DNA of 64,000 nucleotides from Nanobdellota archaeon (GTDB taxonomy: Archaea > Nanobdellota > Nanobdellia > SCGC-AAA011-G17 > JACPNG01): positions 1-64,000 of the forward strand of contig JBBSWJ010000005.1 of assembly GCA_038046345.1 (NCBI GenBank), written 5' to 3'. The notes under the pieces were generated by a model that saw nothing but the letters and a program-made list of their open reading frames with translations, had not been told where the DNA came from and made no database searches. Shown piece after piece: positions 62,794 through 64,000 of this stretch (position 1 is the first letter of the stretch; the number at the start of each line of letters is the position of its first letter). The translations under genes and the position numbers were made by a program.

Positions 62794-62810
62794 CCCGCCA
62801 GTTTGTCAAA

Positions 62811-63623
62811 ATGATAGATAACATGATAGTACAAGAAGAATTTTTAAAAAAGCTAAGAGCATCATTTGATTTGAATATTTATGAAGTAAAAGTATGGACT
62901 GCGCTCCTGTCAAGGGGATTAGCCACAGCAGGAGAACTATCTGACATAAGCAATGTGCCAAGGTCTAGAAGTTACGATGTATTAGAATCATTAGAAAAAA
63001 AAGGTTTTGTAATAATGAAAATAGGAAAACCAATAAAGTATATCGCAGTATCCCCAGAAGAAATTCTTAAACGTGTAAAAAAAGTAATCACAATTAACGC
63101 AGGGGAACAAATAAGATCATATGATAATATAAAATCAAGTAATCTATTCAGCGAACTTGAATTATTGTACAAACAAGGAATAGACAAAGTTGAGCCAACA
63201 AGCCTTTCCGGAGCAATTCGCGGTCGTGACGCTATTTATAATCATATTGAATCACTAATGGAACAAGCCAAAAAAACAGTCACTATTTCAACCACATATG
63301 ATGGATTTCAAAGAAAAGTTATAAATTTCATAGACACCTTCAAGAAACTTAAATCAAGAGGGATAAAAATTAGGATTATGGTATCTCCAAACAAAGAAGC
63401 AAGAAATATCGTGAAAGAATTAAAAGGTATTGCTGAAATAAGGATAAACCAGTCCGATGCCACTTCAAGATTTATTATAGTAGACAACAAAAACGTGATG
63501 TTCATGCTTTCAAATGATAAAGACGTACATGAAAGCTATGATATAGGCATATGGGTAAATACTCCTTTCTTTGCAACAGCTCTTGAGAACTTGTTTGATA
63601 TAAACTGGGATAAGCTAAAATAA
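62811..63623 (+). CDS. trmB: TrmB-family transcriptional regulator
   Basis: LNIYEVKVWTALL; VPRSRSYDVLESLEKKGF; PIKYIAVSP; C-terminal effector domain. Confidence 0.9.
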   Translation: MIDNMIVQEEFLKKLRASFDLNIYEVKVWTALLSRGLATAGELSDISNVPRSRSYDVLESLEKKGFVIMKIGKPIKYIAVSPEEILKRVKKVITINAGEQIRSYDNIKSSNLFSELELLYKQGIDKVEPTSLSGAIRGRDAIYNHIESLMEQAKKTVTISTTYDGFQRKVINFIDTFKKLKSRGIKIRIMVSPNKEARNIVKELKGIAEIRINQSDATSRFIIVDNKNVMFMLSNDKDVHESYDIGIWVNTPFFATALENLFDINWDKLK

Positions 63624-63761
63624 TCAAACATAATCTCAGGTTAATACAAGACTAGCACCAGTTATAAAAAGTTTCAAAGTAGACCATAAAAAACTAAACA
63701 ACTAATAGCTACCAACATCAACCCTTAATTTTATAAACATCTACAATCTATAACTATCCTT

Positions 63762-64000
63762 ATGAATTCAGAACTAATAGATAGTTTACACCCATTAGAA
63801 AGAAAAATTATACCGCTCATCACCCAGAATATGAATTTTAATACATTACTAGAAAAAACAGGTATGGGCGAAGTTGAATCATTAAGAGCATTACAATGGC
63901 TTGAAAAAAAGAAAGCTTTAATCTTACATAGAGATGTCATAGAAGTAATATCTTTAGGAAAAAACGGTAAAGAGTACCTACAACAAGGCTTGCCAGAGAG
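63762..64000 (+). CDS. pheS: phenylalanine-tRNA ligase alpha subunit, N-terminus (partial)
   Basis: LHPLERKII...LRALQWLEKK...LGKNGKEYLQQGLPE; runs off the window end. Confidence 0.8.
   Translation, partial: MNSELIDSLHPLERKIIPLITQNMNFNTLLEKTGMGEVESLRALQWLEKKKALILHRDVIEVISLGKNGKEYLQQGLPE

Overview
AT-rich archaeal chromosome segment, most consistent with a DPANN lineage (Woesearchaeota/Nanobdellota-like). This is inferred from archaeal information-processing genes, BRE-TATA promoters, a divergent archaeal 16S/23S and many ORFans. It carries ribosomal protein and RNA polymerase genes, the Pop5-proteasome-Sdo1-exosome cluster, FtsZ, MinD, SecE/Sec61beta, Spt4/5, aIF5B, aIF2-gamma, ThrRS, a partial PheRS, bacterial-type gyrase, redox/stress genes, and one 16S-tRNA(Ala)-23S operon on the minus strand with no adjacent 5S. 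Most notable observations: (1) six tiny (26-53 nt) bulge-helix-bulge introns in the rRNA operon: two in the 16S 790 region separated by a 7-nt exon, three near the 23S peptidyl-transferase centre, and one in the tRNA-Ala T-loop; (2) natural substitutions at normally near-invariant PTC and decoding-site nucleotides; (3) a divergent five-gene PrkA-PrkA-YeaH(vWA)-SpoVR-ORF operon; (4) a circularly permuted CcdA; (5) a catalytically eroded enolase; (6) a DUF1861/GT108-like mannoside phosphorylase. No CRISPR array, transposase or integrase was seen. All calls come from reading motifs by eye; no searches were run.
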